NCBI GenBank assembly: GCA_001179505.1
Contig: CDMY01000488.1
Span: 1-64,000, forward strand
Origin: Vitrella brassicaformis CCMP3155
Lineage: Eukaryota; Protista; Chromerida
Length of the DNA stretch: 64,000 nt
Direction of reading: 5' to 3'
Shown: one piece after another, positions 60,401-64,000 of the stretch
Numbering within the stretch: position 1 is the stretch's first letter
Layout: every line of letters begins with the position of its first letter
Position numbers and translations under genes: made by a program
The notes under the pieces: generated by a model
What the model saw: the letters and a program-made list of their open reading frames with translations, nothing else
The model's database searches: none
Told to the model about the DNA's origin: nothing

Positions 60401-63400
60401 CTCTTTATGGTGACGGTTGGCAGCAGAAGGGCCGCAGCCGACGGAGTCCCGTTGCTCATCTGCATGCAGCGGCAGACACGAGCAGTCGTGATGTGCAAAG
60501 GACTGCACCGTCGCATCTCTCGCTTACCGTGAGGGTGATTTCGTTTTGAACATCGCTGGGATCGAAGACCAATCTTTCGGTCGTCGAGGCGTTGGGCTGT
60601 ATCACAATGGGGAAGTCGACCTTCGGTCTGAAGCCCGGCGGCAGCATAAGGTCGACCTCCATCGGCTCTCTCGACATCGGCACAGGAGGGCCCACTTGCA
60701 CAAAGGCACCTGGCAAACGAGGCGAGCTTCTTGTGCCAGATGTGTTTGTTGCCGTGCTCCTACCATGATGTCCCTCGGCGGTGTTGATTTCGACCTCACA
60801 GACGGAAAATTGCATGAGTGAGGGGGCGCCCGAAGCGACAATGCGCACCACGCTGCCTGATGTCCCGCCAGGACACACAATTAGGTGGTCAGGCGAGCCT
60901 CCCAGCTGGAACGAGCCACATCGGGTGATGCCTTGGCCGCTGACGGGGGGAGTGACGTCGTTTTCATAGCCTGTGGCCGGCGCATGGGCGACCACCACAT
61001 CAAACGTGGGCTTGTCGGACAGGTAGCCGCCCGCACTGCAGGCAGCAAAGACAGCCAAAATACAGCGATTCCCGAATCCCTATCAGGCACTATACCTCAG
61101 TTCTCTTACTCTGTTCTGATGTGGATCTGATGGATGCCGTTTCTCTCCTGGTCTGCAATGTCCCTCTCCCACCAAAGGGGCCTTGACTTCCCATTGTCGA
61201 ATCTGGCGACGAATGAGCACGTCGATGCATCCCTGTCGTTGGATCGCTTGCGGTCATCGAACAGGTAGGCCCCATCACCCAGGTGGGTGTAGCGCGGACA
61301 CTCACTGCACCCTTTGTCCCTCGGTCCTGCACACGCCAGCAATGGGGACAGATGTCTGTCGTTGCGCGGGGAAGATACGTCTCGTCCGACTCACCAGTGA
61401 TGATGTCAATCTCACACACGGCAAAGTGCTGCAGGAAGTGAAGATGGGACGCGACAAGGCGGACTACTGACCCTTCAGTCCCCGGCGGACACACAATGGT
61501 GTAGATGCGCTCGCTGGTGCTGTCCTTGAGCTCGAAGCTGCCGCACTTGACTGCCTCGGCGCCGGAAAGCGGCGGTTCCGTCTCCATCATGTCGGCTGTT
61601 TGCCTGTGGTCGGAGATGTAGGCGTCCACCATTTGCTTCATGTCTGGGGCAACCGCATTCGGATACACAGTGCCGTAGCTGAAACATATCCACCCGCAGA
61701 CAGAGAGACATGACAACCAGCCAGCGCCGCTCCTGTGTCTTCCACCGACTAACTCACCGAGCGACGACAGTGACCTTCTCAATCCCCACTCCATGCCCAT
61801 TCGAGATGTCTCGTTCCCAGAAGAGGGGCATGTCCTCGCGATCGCCTCGGCGGGACACGTCTGAGCAGGTGGCCATGTCGCCATCACTCGACCTCCTTCG
61901 AAGCACGGGATGTGCAAAACCGGCATCCTCAGTGGTGTATCGAGGGCAGTCGAGGCACGGGTCGTTGGATGGAGGCAGGGTCGTTGGGACCACTGGCACC
62001 GTCTCGATGGCAACTGTCGTCTCATGTGCGTGGGCAGCCGGTGGCGGTGTGGTTGTTGTCGACTCGGTGAAGTATGGGCCAAGGCTGTTTGCAAGGGTGA
62101 CGTTGAATGGCGCCCCACCGCGAGCAGCGGGACCTGCCTGAGTAGCAGTGGTTGTCCCCGGTGCTTCTGATGTGGGTGCTGCTGTGGACGACGGGCCAAT
62201 CGTAACATTCATGGTCGCCGCAGGCGAAGCTCTAACTTCGGGGCCGACCGTCGGGGCACTCACAGTCGAGAGGTGCACGGGAGCAAGCGTGCTGACACCA
62301 GCCGCCCCAACAGCAACGGCAATTGTGGTCTCTGACACAGTGGCATTCGTGACGTTCAGACCGGAAGTTGGCATCGCCGTCGGCGCTGCTCCGAAATGTG
62401 CTGTTGTAACGTTGGGCGGGACAGTGGTATGTAGCAGAGTTGGCGGAAAGAGTGTGGGTGGGGCGATCGTCGTCGACAGAGACACAGGTGCACCAGTCGA
62501 GGCGGCCGCCGAAGGAAGCGGTGTTGGTGCTCCTGTCCCTTCAGGTGTCGGCCCAGCTGTCAAATTGGCACCAGTCGTGGGCGCCACTGGCGAGGGAGTC
62601 GACTCATTGAGTGGAGCTCCCCTTGCTGCGAAGGGCTGTGGTGCTGGAGCGTGAGTGGCGTTTGCAGGGGCCGTCGTGGGCATGCCTTCAGATGGGGCTG
62701 GGGATGGAGTAGGGCTTGGTGACGTCGGCAGATATACGTTGGACGGAGGCAGTGTAGTCGTTGTTCCTTCTTCATAGACAGGAGACGGTGTTGTCGTCGC
62801 TGGACGAAAAATCACACAGATGGAATTCCCAAACGCACGGAACCCTATCGTGATCACCTACCATTTTTCTTGAGTTCTTCCAGGAGTTTGGGCGCCCGCA
62901 GCTGCACGACTGCCTTCTTGATTGGATTCTCCCATGGGTCCTGGTGCCTCAGCGTGCAGTTGGCCTCTACGCCAGTGCTCTCGCCTGCGTCGCTGGCCAG
63001 CTGGCTGTCCTTGGGGAGTGTCAAAACGACGAAGGGCACAAAGTGATGGTTCTCGTTCAGCTCATACTGAAGCACAAAGCGGAACGTCGCAGAAAAGCTG
63101 TCTTTCTCCCTTGGGAGTGTGTGCACAGATATACCGTAAGCGTCGCGTTTGCCTCTCTGGGTAGCATCTTGACCGGTGTGCCGGCCGCCGTTGCCATTCT
63201 GATGGGTGCAGTGGGTTCCAGGGCAGAGCTGAAGGGGATCGCTACCTTAGCCTCGATGACTTCCTCCTCTCCCGTTGTAGTGTTTCGCTTCACGCGGGTG
63301 ACCGTGCCGTGGCCTTGGTAGGGCTTCTCAGGGGCCACTTCAAACCCTGATCACACGGACGGAAGATGGCAGTCGGTGGGTGGAGTGAATGGTGCACTCT

Positions 63401-63951
63401 GTATGTCTCACTTGTGTTGACGTATTCGACTTCGAGAGACTTTGTGTGCTCGGGGAGGATCTTTCGCCAGTGGCTGATGAGAGTGTCCTTGGCGCGAATG
63501 TCCACACGGAGAGTGGCCTTGCCATCGAGCGTCTCAAACTACAAGCAAGTGCAGGTGCACAAATGAGAAGAGAAGAGTCCCCCGCGCATGTCTTTGTTCC
63601 GCTTCTCACCCGTGGCGTCACCATGATGATGCCGTTCTGCTTGGGGTCGATGTACACAAACTCATCGGCAGTTGAGGCTGATGTGTTGCCCGTGCTGAAC
63701 CGCCCGGATGTCTCACTGTGGATGAGGAGCGGCTGCTTGACGTCCATTCGCGCGTCAGGCGGCAGCGTGATGACTATGCCCTCCTTGTCGTGGATGTCAA
63801 CATCGGCCCTCGTCTCCTGTATGGGGCTGCGTGAGCGGGGCACCGGCACCACCAACACCTCAATGCTCGAGTCGTTTGTTAGACGGCTGAGCTCTTTGAG
63901 CAGCTCATCTGCGCGTGGTCCTTCAGGGATCACTTGAAGAAAGACAGCCAA
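57486..63951 (-). CDS. Very large putative surface/secreted protein with a Thr/Pro/Ala mucin-like stalk and two F-type-lectin (FTP/discoidin-like) domains; 5' end off the window
   Basis: An almost continuous chain of minus-strand ORFs is separated by short gaps. The mucin-like region is at about 62780-62000. Two repeats of C..CPRY...D.D..TCS.......PL(F/W)WERDI....I..(V/I).......CGSF......IVCP.GT.GSVVR(L/I)V.......F.VCE(I/V).I lie at about 61970-61380 and 61320-60770. It could be more than one gene. Confidence 0.6.
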
Positions 63952-64000
63952 ATGAGACCCGTAAAGCCCATACTGACAGATAGCATCAGATAGCCAGACA

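Noticed and set aside
140-63937. The many 60-300 aa ORFs antisense to or out of frame with called genes (e.g. 718-1182, 4506-5495, 41418-42161, 62148-62654)
   Set aside because: These are shadow ORFs expected in GC-rich coding DNA. They have no recognisable motifs and many run through microsatellite introns.
1-64000. CRISPR arrays, tRNA, rRNA, spliced-leader or telomeric repeats
   Set aside because: No regularly spaced repeat-spacer units, cloverleaf or rRNA-like sequence was seen. The repeats are microsatellites or gene duplications.

Overview
This is intron-rich, GC-rich eukaryotic nuclear DNA with short GT/CA/GA-microsatellite introns. It most resembles a chromerid alveolate such as Vitrella brassicaformis. 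That assignment is an inference from the apicomplexan-type AP2 domains, the bipartite plastid-type presequences and the intron style. Most ORFs in the six-frame track are exon fragments or antisense shadows. I count about 20 genes or gene relics. (1) At 1-26.5 kb is a duplicated cluster of four ApiAP2 transcription factor genes carrying 15 AP2 domains. They are interleaved with three BTB-TLDc genes, an F-box-like gene, a multi-pass membrane protein and hypothetical genes. (2) A 300-N gap follows. (3) At 28.8-37.2 kb is a tandem-duplicated unit of a 2OG-Fe(II) oxygenase plus a convergent hypothetical gene, with reciprocal lesions in the two oxygenase copies. It lies beside a NodU/CmcH-type carbamoyltransferase with a plastid-type leader. 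(4) Next come a fourth BTB-TLDc gene, a CDK9/12-like kinase, a cytochrome P450, a DUF3592-like protein and a CaMK/CDPK-like kinase pseudogene. (5) The window ends in a very large mucin/F-type-lectin-like surface protein that runs off the right edge. The most notable observations are an 8-mer (TGCGAGCT) found in nearly every short divergent-promoter spacer, an unrecognised repeated protein domain shared by the AP2-cluster genes, and a candidate plastid hydroxylase/carbamoyltransferase pair. Exon boundaries were inferred by eye and gene ends are approximate. No tRNA, rRNA, CRISPR array or intact transposon was seen.
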